DNA of 62,662 nucleotides, taken from positions 1 through 62,662 of IMG/VR virus record IMGVR_UViG_3300032304_002568. One strand, given 5' to 3'. How positions within the stretch are numbered: the first letter of the stretch is position 1; every line of letters begins with the position of its first letter. The notes under the pieces were generated by a model. It was not told the DNA's origin, ran no database searches, and worked only from the letters and a program-made list of their open reading frames with translations. This stretch comes from a virus (Duplodnaviria > Caudoviricetes). This document shows positions 17,874 through 26,103 of the stretch, piece by piece. The position numbers and the translations under genes are program-made.

Positions 17874-19196
17874 ATGGCGACGACAGCAAGTCTTAAAGAA
17901 TTTTACACCCCCTATAACTGCGCGCAGAAGGTGGACGCTCTCAATGGCGTGATCCACGGCGTGGCAGTGATCACCAGTGGGGTGAAGGCGCGCGGGCACG
18001 ATCTGGAGGTGGATGCGAAGACGCTCAACCAGATCAAGGAATGTGCAGAAAAGCTCGGCACGGTGCCGGTGAAGTGGAATCACCGCACAGGGGCGGATGC
18101 CGTGAATGGCTACCTGGATAATTTCCGCATCGAGGACGCGAAGCTCCTCGGGGATTGGCATCTTCTCAAGAGCCACGATCGCTATGCGCAAGCCATCGAA
18201 ATGGCCGAGCGCATGCCAGGGAATGTGGGTCTGTCGGCGGCATTCATGGGCGAGGACGAGATGGAGAACGGGCAGAAGAAAGCCCGCTGCTCGGAGTTGA
18301 TCAGCGTCGATCTGGTGGCAAATCCCGCCGCGAATCCATCCGGCCTTTTTGAAGCAAAACTTCCTGCCGCTCCCACCGAATTCGCGGGGTCAGTTGACAC
18401 GCGAGCAATGGGCGAACCTTTTATGGACAACCAAAACAACCAAGCAAGTGCCGCCGCTGAGCCCACCATGGGCGATCTTCTGGCTGCTATCCAAAACCTC
18501 ACCGAGCGCGTTGCCGCACAGGATGAGACCATCGCGGCTCTTTCGCAAGAGGGTGCCGAAAACGACAACGAAATTTCCCTCGAAGAGATCATGGATCTCT
18601 CGCAGGAAGATATCGCCGCCCTCGTCCAAGCTGGCGAGATCACTGAGGAAGATGCCGCTGGCATCCAAGCCTACCAAGCAGAAGTCATCGCCGCTATCGA
18701 GGCCGATGAAGCTGGTGAGCAGGGCGAAGGCAACGAGCCCGCTGGCGAACTCGCTGGTGCTGGCGCAGGAGTCGAAAGCTCCACAGGCGGCTCCGAGGGC
18801 ACTGCTCTCTCCGCTCTTCAAAAACAAGTCCGTGAACTCTCGGCCCGCTTCGAACGCGAAGACGCCGCCGCTGAGAACAACGAGATCTCACATTATTTCG
18901 CCACTATCGAAGGCAACATGACCCAGCTCGCCGCCGAGCGCGCCGAGTTGAAGGAATTTGCCGACAACCTCGCCGCCGAAAACGACGCGCTTCGCAACGC
19001 TCTCAAAACTGGCATCCGCCCGCTGGCATTCAGCGCCGAGGGTGCTGCCATCAACGGCAAAAACGGCGAACTCCATGAGTTCGAAGCCCGCGTGCAGAAC
19101 CACAAGAGCCAAGGCAAATCCCACGCCCAGGCCGTGATGCTCGCCCACAAGGAAAATCCTGAAGCGCACCAAGACTGGATCCGCAACCAGGGCTAA
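17874..19196 (+). CDS. Prohead maturation protease fused to scaffold
   Basis: PVKWNH, VGLSAAF, ELISVDLVANPAAN..GLF motifs, then an acidic coiled-coil region; lies upstream of the capsid genes; ATG 16 nt after GTTGAC. Confidence 0.85.
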   Translation: MATTASLKEFYTPYNCAQKVDALNGVIHGVAVITSGVKARGHDLEVDAKTLNQIKECAEKLGTVPVKWNHRTGADAVNGYLDNFRIEDAKLLGDWHLLKSHDRYAQAIEMAERMPGNVGLSAAFMGEDEMENGQKKARCSELISVDLVANPAANPSGLFEAKLPAAPTEFAGSVDTRAMGEPFMDNQNNQASAAAEPTMGDLLAAIQNLTERVAAQDETIAALSQEGAENDNEISLEEIMDLSQEDIAALVQAGEITEEDAAGIQAYQAEVIAAIEADEAGEQGEGNEPAGELAGAGAGVESSTGGSEGTALSALQKQVRELSARFEREDAAAENNEISHYFATIEGNMTQLAAERAELKEFADNLAAENDALRNALKTGIRPLAFSAEGAAINGKNGELHEFEARVQNHKSQGKSHAQAVMLAHKENPEAHQDWIRNQG

Positions 19197-19219
19197 TTCA
19201 ACCAAAGGAAAAAAATACT

Positions 19220-19579
19220 ATGAACTTCAATACCGTTGTTTCGCTCCCCGCCGCAGTCGATCTGTCCGGCCAGGAGCACACCGCAGTCAAACTCACCTCC
19301 TCTGGCGTGGATATCGCCGGGGCTTCCGACACCGTGATCGGCACCGTGATTCGTGGCGCTGTCGCAGGACGTGCCGTGGACGTGTTTCTCTCCAAGGGAA
19401 ATGGCCTGCGCTTTGTCCGTGTGGGCAATGCCACCGCCATCCCTATGGCTAGCGCACTGGAGCAAGCCGCAAACGGCACCTTCGTGGTCAAGACCACCGG
19501 CACCACCGCTGGCTACGCCGTCGAGGCCGCGCCCGCAGGCAGCAATGGCGGCGGAATGATCCGCGCCATCATCCTCTAA
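19220..19579 (+). CDS. Capsid decoration/cement protein
   Basis: 119-aa Ala/Gly-rich beta protein between scaffold and major capsid. Confidence 0.7.
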   Translation: MNFNTVVSLPAAVDLSGQEHTAVKLTSSGVDIAGASDTVIGTVIRGAVAGRAVDVFLSKGNGLRFVRVGNATAIPMASALEQAANGTFVVKTTGTTAGYAVEAAPAGSNGGGMIRAIIL

Positions 19580-19608
19580 AAATCAACACTTAATAGAAGA
19601 AAACGATT

Positions 19609-20565
19609 ATGGCATACAATACTTCAGACTCCGTTCCACGGCAGGACATCTCCACACTTTTGATGGAAGGCGTCCACCAGGAGAAACACTACGTCGCCTC
19701 CAGCCTCCTGCCCGTCTACGGCAGCCAGCGCGAGGTCGGACGCTACCCGAAATTCCGTCTCGGCAAGGGCGAGCTCTTGAAAAAAGAGAGCCAGAAGCGC
19801 AATGCGACCGGCACCTACAACGAATCCGAAGAGCAATTCGAGTGGGACAGCTATCAGACTCAAGAATACGGCCACGAGAAGCGTGTGGACGATGTTGTGA
19901 AGAAGCAAATGGGCGACTTCTTCGACGCGGAGATGGTCACTGCGAAGTTCTGCATGAATAAACTCATGCTCGACTACGAAGTGGAAGCCGCCGCAGCGAT
20001 CATGAATCCCGCGACCTTCACAGCGACTGCCGCAGGCACAGCCTACACCGAAGCGAACCTCGCGACGATGGACTTCCCCGCCGACATCAACGCCACGATC
20101 GAAGCCCTCACCCTCAATGGTGAAGAGCCAAACACGATGGTGTTGAGCCTCTCGGTCTACAACCGCTTGAAGCGCTCCAAGCTGCTCCAGACCTACCTCT
20201 ACGGCCACCTGAACACCACTCAGGGCGGATCAAACATCACCCCGAATCTCATCGCCGAGGCCTTTGGCATCCCGAATATCGTGGTCGCCAAGAAGTCCTA
20301 CGACAACGCGATCAAGGGCAAGATGAATGTCGTTCCTGTGTGGGGCAACGAATACATCTGGATCGGCGAAGTGCAAGGCGGTGACTTCATGACCGGCGGC
20401 TGTGGCCGCACGATCATCTGGGACGCCGACAGCGAAGGCGGCCTCTTCACCACCGATCAATACCGCGACGAGCCTCGTCGTGGCGACAAGATCCGCGTGC
20501 GCAGCAATCGCGTGATCAAAATCGTGAACCCGAACTCGGGCCGACTCATCACCACCGGACTCTAA
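19609..20565 (+). CDS. Major capsid protein (HK97 fold, lambda gpE-like)
   Basis: Size, position, EEPNTMVLS and IAEAFGIPNIVV segments, strongly biased codon use. Confidence 0.85.
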   Translation: MAYNTSDSVPRQDISTLLMEGVHQEKHYVASSLLPVYGSQREVGRYPKFRLGKGELLKKESQKRNATGTYNESEEQFEWDSYQTQEYGHEKRVDDVVKKQMGDFFDAEMVTAKFCMNKLMLDYEVEAAAAIMNPATFTATAAGTAYTEANLATMDFPADINATIEALTLNGEEPNTMVLSLSVYNRLKRSKLLQTYLYGHLNTTQGGSNITPNLIAEAFGIPNIVVAKKSYDNAIKGKMNVVPVWGNEYIWIGEVQGGDFMTGGCGRTIIWDADSEGGLFTTDQYRDEPRRGDKIRVRSNRVIKIVNPNSGRLITTGL

Positions 20566-20566
20566 G

Positions 20567-20600
20567 GAAAGGTATGAAGGAGGAAGGATGAAGTAGGAAA
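20567..20600 (+). repeat. GAAGGAT/GAAGGAG heptamer-like array, part of a possible terminator after the capsid gene
   Basis: gaaaggtatgaaggaggaaggatgaagtag; aaggaggaaggat pairs with atccttcctcctt followed by a T run; similar copy at 2604-2630. Confidence 0.55.
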
Positions 20601-20639
20601 CTGCTGAATCCTTCCTCCTTTTTTTTGAAAGGAAATTTT

Positions 20640-21152
20640 ATGAAGAATATTAACCACAGAGGACACAGAGAACACGGAGTGAAGGATCTCAAGCCTGCGC
20701 TTCGCGAGCTGGCGGCTCGCAGCGAGGCGATTACGGAATTCGCCATGGTGCGTGACGCCAATGGGCAGTTCGTCGAGGTCGAGGACGAAGGCGGCATGGG
20801 CGTGGGCACGGCGGTCAAAGCCGGTGCAGGTGCTGCTGCTCTCGGTGGCGCTGGCTATGGAGCTTATCGTGGCCATAAGGCTGTGATGGGCGTCGGTGCA
20901 GACGAGTATGCAAAAAAATCTGCCATGGCAGCGACTGCGGCGGATCGTGTTGGCTCTACTACTCCGATTGCTCAGCGTGCGGCAAACTACAAAATCGCCA
21001 AGGCAGGTGCTGCGGGTAACTTCGATCGCATGGGCTTCATGGATAAGGTCAAGACTGGTTACGGCATGGCTGGGCAGTCCGCTATGAACTCTGCGGCTGG
21101 TCGTTCCGGGTTGCTTGGGCGGCTCGGTCGATTTGCGCTAAAGCTCCGCTAA
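20640..21152 (+). CDS. Cargo-type protein (family A repeat, linker, RDANGQF, glycine zipper)
   Basis: INHRGHREHG...LRELAARS...EFAMVRDANGQF. Confidence 0.7.
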   Translation: MKNINHRGHREHGVKDLKPALRELAARSEAITEFAMVRDANGQFVEVEDEGGMGVGTAVKAGAGAAALGGAGYGAYRGHKAVMGVGADEYAKKSAMAATAADRVGSTTPIAQRAANYKIAKAGAAGNFDRMGFMDKVKTGYGMAGQSAMNSAAGRSGLLGRLGRFALKLR

Positions 21153-21161
21153 ATAACTCAC

Positions 21162-21232
21162 TGCAGGATGGAGAAACGGTATCTCACGAGGCCCATAACC
21201 TTGCGTTCCGGGTTCGATTCCCGGTCCTGCTA
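21162..21232 (+). tRNA. tRNA-Met (CAT), initiator-like, no encoded CCA
   Basis: Acceptor GCAGGA/TCCTGC with 1:72 mismatch; anticodon arm CGAGG-CCCATAA-CCTTG; T-arm CCGGG-TTCGATT-CCCGG. Confidence 0.85.
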
Positions 21233-21287
21233 ATTTCCACACCACCACAACCGCTGGCAGGCCGGTATAAAGTCTGCTTCTTTTTTT

Positions 21288-22286
21288 ATGATTAACCACA
21301 GAGGACACAGAGAGCACGGAGGAATGAGGCTGAAGCTTCGCGAATTTGCTTTGGTAAGGGATGCCAATGGGCAGCTTGTCGAAGATGGGAATAATGGAGG
21401 CAGCGGGTTCAAGACGGCTGCAAAGGTCGGGCTTGGCGCTGCTGGTGTAGCTGGCGGGGCTGTGCTTGGAACAAGATGGTATCATGCTAACAAGGCTTAT
21501 CAGGCAGAGGGTGGCATCGGTAAGGTCTATGGCGATGTAAAGAAGATGTATGCTGCTGGGGATTCTAAGGGTCTTCAGAACTTACACGGGAGGCTGTCTT
21601 CCAACGCTCAAGCAAGCGCCAGAGCCGGATGGATGGGGAAGCTGGGCAAAGTCGGAAATGTTTTAACAAAATTCTCTGCCAACCTCGCGCCTGCTTTGCG
21701 CGAGCTTGCTGCTCGCAGTGGGCGGATCGTGGAGTTTGGCGATGGCGAGGCCGATGAGGCGGTGATTGCGGCTTTGAAGGCTGCGGCGAGCGCGGATGAG
21801 ACGCCGGCACAGCGGGCGATGCTGCTCAAGCGCGGCCTCATCGAGATAGTGAAGGGCCAACTGGTGATCAATGAGCGTGGCTATGACATGATGAAGAAGG
21901 CAGGCGTGCCGCCGAAGCTGACTCCCGAGGAACGCCGCGAGGAGATCATGGGGACTGAGGAGAAGCGGCTTTCCAGGTTTAACCACGGAGAGCACGGAGG
22001 ACACGGAGTAGAATTTGCTCGGGGGGATTATCTCAAGTCAATAATGGGGCGCAGGGGCGTGCCTACACCCCACATTGATGCGTGGCTGAAAGCAAAAAAA
22101 TCTCCGGGCAGTATGACTCGGGTTGGTGATCTTCCAGATTTTGTCCATGCCATGCGAGGAATGAGGGAGCAGGGATATAAAAGGCCCGCATTTCCTTTTG
22201 AGATAGAAGATGGCTCCCCTGATTGGGTTCCTGTGAAATGGAAGCTGCGAGGGCCTGAGGCATCGGATTCGTATAGTAACCCGTGA
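21288..22286 (+). CDS. Modular polyprotein 4; first module paralogous to ORF 20640
   Basis: INHRGHREHGGMRLKLREFALVRDANGQL; LRELAARSGRIVEF; FNHGEHGGHGVEFARGDY. Confidence 0.72.
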   Translation: MINHRGHREHGGMRLKLREFALVRDANGQLVEDGNNGGSGFKTAAKVGLGAAGVAGGAVLGTRWYHANKAYQAEGGIGKVYGDVKKMYAAGDSKGLQNLHGRLSSNAQASARAGWMGKLGKVGNVLTKFSANLAPALRELAARSGRIVEFGDGEADEAVIAALKAAASADETPAQRAMLLKRGLIEIVKGQLVINERGYDMMKKAGVPPKLTPEERREEIMGTEEKRLSRFNHGEHGGHGVEFARGDYLKSIMGRRGVPTPHIDAWLKAKKSPGSMTRVGDLPDFVHAMRGMREQGYKRPAFPFEIEDGSPDWVPVKWKLRGPEASDSYSNP

Positions 22287-22298
22287 GTTTTCAAATCT

Positions 22299-22431
22299 TC
22301 CGGCGGGGCAGCGAGGGCACTACGCCACTCAGTCGTAGCCTGGGGCGGGTCGATGTTCGGTCGGCCCTGACTTGCTGAAAAAGTGCAAGGAAGCGCATCG
22401 GGCAGGTGAGCGACCTGGCCCTCGTCGGACC
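22299..22431 (+). ncRNA. Candidate structured ncRNA 1
   Basis: Closing stem TCCGGCGGGG/CCTCGTCGGA, four internal hairpins, followed by a T run. Confidence 0.5.
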
Positions 22432-22459
22432 TTTTTGTTGACCTTCGGGTTTGGCTGTG

Positions 22460-22590
22460 AGGCGAAGCCTGGAGTCAGGCGGCGAGCGGGGAGCCTTGAA
22501 ACCCGTATCCTAAAAAGGAATCACCACCCAAGCGGCAATACACGGGGCCGCTACTGAAACCGTGATCCGGCTTCACGCCCGGACGCCTCC
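22460..22590 (+). ncRNA. Candidate structured ncRNA 2
   Basis: Closing stem GGCGAAGCCTGGAGTCA/TGATCCGGCTTCACGCC; begins 17-18 nt after GTTGAC; T run downstream. Confidence 0.5.
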
Positions 22591-22691
22591 TTCTTTTTTA
22601 CCACGGAGGACACGGAGAGCACGGAGTGGGGCACTTAAAACTTAATGCTTAAAACTTAAAACTCTTGTGCGTTGACTCGCTTTTGCGGGGT

Positions 22692-23123
22692 ATGGCGAAT
22701 GTAAACAAGGTGATACTGATCGGGAATGTGACGCGGGATGTGGAGGTGAAGACCACGCCGAGGGGTTCGGCTGTGGCTGGCATTACGCTCGCGGTGAATC
22801 GAAACTACAAGGCGGACTCGGGCGAGAAGCGCGAGGAGGTGACTTTCGTGGATGTGGAGCTATGGGGCCGTGTCGCGGAGATCGCGGGAGAGTATGTGAA
22901 GAAGGGCAATCCGCTCTATGTCGAGGGGCGGCTCAAGCAGGATTCTTGGGAGGACAAGGAATCGGGACAGAAGCGCACGAAGCTGAAGGTGGTGGCGGAA
23001 AACATCCAGCTTCTCGGCTCGCGCCAGGGGGCAGTGAGGGCGGCAACCGAGGAGCGGCCTGTGGAGGCGGCTTCCGAGTCGCCGCGCGTGGTGGAGCAGG
23101 AGAGTGATGATATTCCGTTCTGA
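22692..23123 (+). CDS. ssb: Single-stranded DNA-binding protein
   Basis: NKVILIGNVTRD...VEGRL...DDIPF C-terminus. Confidence 0.95.
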   Translation: MANVNKVILIGNVTRDVEVKTTPRGSAVAGITLAVNRNYKADSGEKREEVTFVDVELWGRVAEIAGEYVKKGNPLYVEGRLKQDSWEDKESGQKRTKLKVVAENIQLLGSRQGAVRAATEERPVEAASESPRVVEQESDDIPF

Positions 23124-23284
23124 GATGTTGAAAAAACAGGGTCGTTTTTTCAACAAATTCAATTTGATATACGCCGCCTCGCATATACGAAGAATATCCG
23201 ATCGAGCGTATCGTTTTGACGGAAAAAAAGGGTTGTTTTTCTGACAAAACTTTCTTCATCCGTTGACTTGCGCGGGGTGGAATT

Positions 23285-23608
23285 ATGGCTTTCGACGATT
23301 CCTTTGCACTTTCTGATGCCGTTGCTTTTACGGAAATGGGCACGCGGGTTACGATCAATGGCACGCAGATCGTGGCGATCCGGCAGCCGAACGAGATCAC
23401 GAACATGGCGGTCGATGGCGGACTGGCCCGTGATGACTCGGCGAAGTTTGAGGTATCGTTCTCGGATTTTACGCAGTTTGCCATAAAGGTGGGCGTGCGT
23501 GTGCAGCAGGGGGCTGAGTCGTGGCGTGTGGGGGCGGTGCGCAGGCGCGGCGGCACGGTGGATCTGGTCTGCATGAGCACGAGCGGGCAGAGCGGACGCG
23601 AGTTTTAA
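23285..23608 (+). CDS. Head-tail joining/closure protein (gpFII-like)
   Basis: 107-aa beta-rich protein between head and tail genes. Confidence 0.6.
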   Translation: MAFDDSFALSDAVAFTEMGTRVTINGTQIVAIRQPNEITNMAVDGGLARDDSAKFEVSFSDFTQFAIKVGVRVQQGAESWRVGAVRRRGGTVDLVCMSTSGQSGREF

Positions 23609-23696
23609 CCACAGAGGACACAGAGAGCACGGAGGGGGAACAGGGCTGCGGCGAAAACTTAATTCTTAAAACTTAAAACTTAAAACTTTTCTAACT

Positions 23697-24110
23697 ATGG
23701 ATGAAGTCACAGGGGTTATTGAGAGTGAGATCGTGCGTCTGCTGCTCGATGGGGCGGTGGTGGATTGCGATGTGCTGCCAGGGCGCGCGGAGCCGCAGGA
23801 GCGGGCCGACGAGTATGTGAGCGTGGTCGCGCTGGAGGCCGAGTATCGCGCGGGGAATACCTATCTCGTGGAGTTGGAATTCCGCGTGGTCGTGCCGGTG
23901 GATGATACCGATGCGATCGTGCGGCAAAAGGAACGGCTGCGCCAGATCGTGGACTGGGTGCAGTGCGAGGACTCGCCGCTGCGGGGCTTTGAGAGCGAGG
24001 TGCTGCGCTTGCACGGCCATATCATGCGCCGCCTCTTCAGCAAGGTCGGCGAGCGTAGCCGCGCGGAGATCGCCCATGTGCGATTCGGGGCGACGGCGCT
24101 GCGTAGTTGA
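23697..24110 (+). CDS. Putative tail terminator/completion protein
   Basis: Size and position before the tube-like genes. Confidence 0.5.
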   Translation: MDEVTGVIESEIVRLLLDGAVVDCDVLPGRAEPQERADEYVSVVALEAEYRAGNTYLVELEFRVVVPVDDTDAIVRQKERLRQIVDWVQCEDSPLRGFESEVLRLHGHIMRRLFSKVGERSRAEIAHVRFGATALRS

Positions 24111-24143
24111 CGGCAGGCAGGGAGGGAACAGAAGGAATTTTTT

Positions 24144-24503
24144 ATGGCACTAAAATTAGCGAGCGGGTCAGATCAGCTTAAATTCGGCACAAAGGTCGGT
24201 GGGGGTCTGGAATTGGATATTCTCAGCCGTTCCACGCAGAAGAAATACGGCTCCGAGGTGGAGATCGTGAAGGGGAATGGCGAGGTCAATGATGTGATCT
24301 ACTCGGGCGCGGAAAATACCGTCACCGAGACCAAGATTATAGATTCTATCACTTTCCCCACTGAAAAGATCGGCGACGGAACTCTCACGAACGGTGGAAT
24401 TATAACCCGTATCTCGCTGCAAGCCTCCAACGAGGATCTTGTGCGCGTGGAGACAGAAAAACTGGAAATAGAAATCGGGAACTCTGGCGGAAACGGAAAC
24501 TAA
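24144..24503 (+). CDS. Putative tail tube-like protein 1
   Basis: Position, SD-like AAGGA, similarity to the next ORF. Confidence 0.5.
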   Translation: MALKLASGSDQLKFGTKVGGGLELDILSRSTQKKYGSEVEIVKGNGEVNDVIYSGAENTVTETKIIDSITFPTEKIGDGTLTNGGIITRISLQASNEDLVRVETEKLEIEIGNSGGNGN

Positions 24504-24534
24504 ACTGAAAATCGAACTTTAAGGAGAATTTATT

Positions 24535-24891
24535 ATGGCACTCATGCTACTATCTGGTGGAACATTTGCAGGCATCACGCCTACTGACGCCTCGCAGGCA
24601 GGCATCTCGCACATCACGCAGGCTTCGATCGAGAAGAGCGCAGGCACGGTGGTGCGCGCTAAGGATGGGCTTGGTGATGTCAAGGCCGTTTTGACTGGTA
24701 AGGAGATTATCACTATGAATGTGAGTGGCTACTCAACCATTGCGGATGGTGCAGTGTTGGGGTCTGATATCAAGGTGGCGGGCATTACTGGCAAGGTCAT
24801 TTCTTCGAGCATTGAGGCCACGGCAGAGGATTTTACGAAGTATAACGCGCAGGGCCGTGCGCTTTCGCCGACTAAGGATTCGCTGACTTGA
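24535..24891 (+). CDS. Putative tail tube-like protein 2
   Basis: SD AAGGAG; paralogous to 24144; followed by a terminator. Confidence 0.55.
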   Translation: MALMLLSGGTFAGITPTDASQAGISHITQASIEKSAGTVVRAKDGLGDVKAVLTGKEIITMNVSGYSTIADGAVLGSDIKVAGITGKVISSSIEATAEDFTKYNAQGRALSPTKDSLT

Positions 24892-24923
24892 TCGCTTAAA
24901 AGATTCGCTGTTGTGTATCAAAG

Positions 24924-24953
24924 AAGCCCGCTGAGCAATCGGCGGGCTTTTTT
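24924..24953 (+). terminator. Rho-independent terminator
   Basis: AAGCCCGCTGA-GCAA-TCGGCGGGCTT followed by a T run. Confidence 0.85.
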
Positions 24954-24975
24954 GTTGACTCGCGAAATCTGAGGC

Positions 24976-25779
24976 ATGGATGGTCAGCATTTTGTATTTG
25001 ACGAGCGGTTTGCGGAGGCATTTTTACATGAGGGGCGTCCGGCAAGGGTTATGGGAATGCGCCTGCGGCCCTTTTCCTACTGGCACAAGGTGCAGTTGGA
25101 GTATGTGCAGAGCAAGGTGCTCTTGGGTGGGGCGGGATTGTGGGATGCGTGGGTGGCGGCAAAGGTGTGCTCCACCGAGTATCCGCAAAATGCGAACTTC
25201 CGGAAAAACTACTCGAATCTCTGGATGCTCTACTGGCACGCCCGCTATGGATGGCGCAGCGTGAAGCGCGAGATGGAGAAGCTCACGGCACACATCGCCG
25301 ACTTCGCCAGCCCGCCGAAGCTCTGGAGTGGTAAGGGTAGCTCGAAAGTGCGTCTCGCCGAGGCGCTGGAAGAGTTGGGCCGCCTCACAGGCGATGCTTC
25401 ACTCCTACAACGCGCCGCCGCGTGGCGCAACGATGCCGCGCTGGAGAAGGGCAAGCAACGCGATATCGACGACTCGATCGAGCAAGTCGCCCTCTACATG
25501 AAGCAGGCCGGGCGCTCCGCCGAGGAGGCTTGGAATATGCCCATGGGCGCGCTCCTGTGGCTCAATGCTTGCTTTCTCAAAATGGAGGGCAGCGAGGTGG
25601 CGATCTGGACGCCGATGGATGAGCAAGTCTTCGAAGCGCACAAGCGCACCCGCTACCAAAACATCGCCAAGATCGCTGATGAGCTTCAGGCCAAGACGCC
25701 GATCCTGCCTCGCGACATGGCCTTCGCCCAAGCAAGCGTGCAGTATTGGGAGAAAGTGGTCGATTCGCAGAAGGCGTGA
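24976..25779 (+). CDS. Putative tail assembly chaperone
   Basis: Between tube-like genes and tape measure; EEAWNMPMG motif. Confidence 0.55.
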   Translation: MDGQHFVFDERFAEAFLHEGRPARVMGMRLRPFSYWHKVQLEYVQSKVLLGGAGLWDAWVAAKVCSTEYPQNANFRKNYSNLWMLYWHARYGWRSVKREMEKLTAHIADFASPPKLWSGKGSSKVRLAEALEELGRLTGDASLLQRAAAWRNDAALEKGKQRDIDDSIEQVALYMKQAGRSAEEAWNMPMGALLWLNACFLKMEGSEVAIWTPMDEQVFEAHKRTRYQNIAKIADELQAKTPILPRDMAFAQASVQYWEKVVDSQKA

Positions 25780-25782
25780 GGG

Positions 25783-26040
25783 TTATCTGGTCTGGTAGGT
25801 TGGTATTGGGCTGTCCAGACCGGCTTTGTCCCGTATTTTCTGAATTCTTTCATCTACTCTGGACACAGTTGCTTGGTATTGGGCTGTCCATAAAAAATAC
25901 AATATCACGAGCAGGATCGCGGCAATAGGAAGGCTGCGCTTAATGATGGTCAATGCTTCTATTCCAAATTTGTGCCCGCAGGATGGGCATGTGGTGGCAT
26001 TGTCGCTGAGGCTTTTTTGACAGGTCGGGCAGGGTTTCAT
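25783..26040 (-). CDS. Zinc-ribbon single-TM membrane protein (moron-like)
   Basis: CPTC...CPSCG followed by a TM helix; antisense and lower GC. Confidence 0.75.
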   Translation of the reverse strand: MKPCPTCQKSLSDNATTCPSCGHKFGIEALTIIKRSLPIAAILLVILYFLWTAQYQATVSRVDERIQKIRDKAGLDSPIPTYQTR

Positions 26041-26103
26041 AGTCCCGAAGCTTTAAGGTGTTGGGTAATGTAAATCAAGTGTTGACCGTGGTGTTTGCCG
26101 TAT

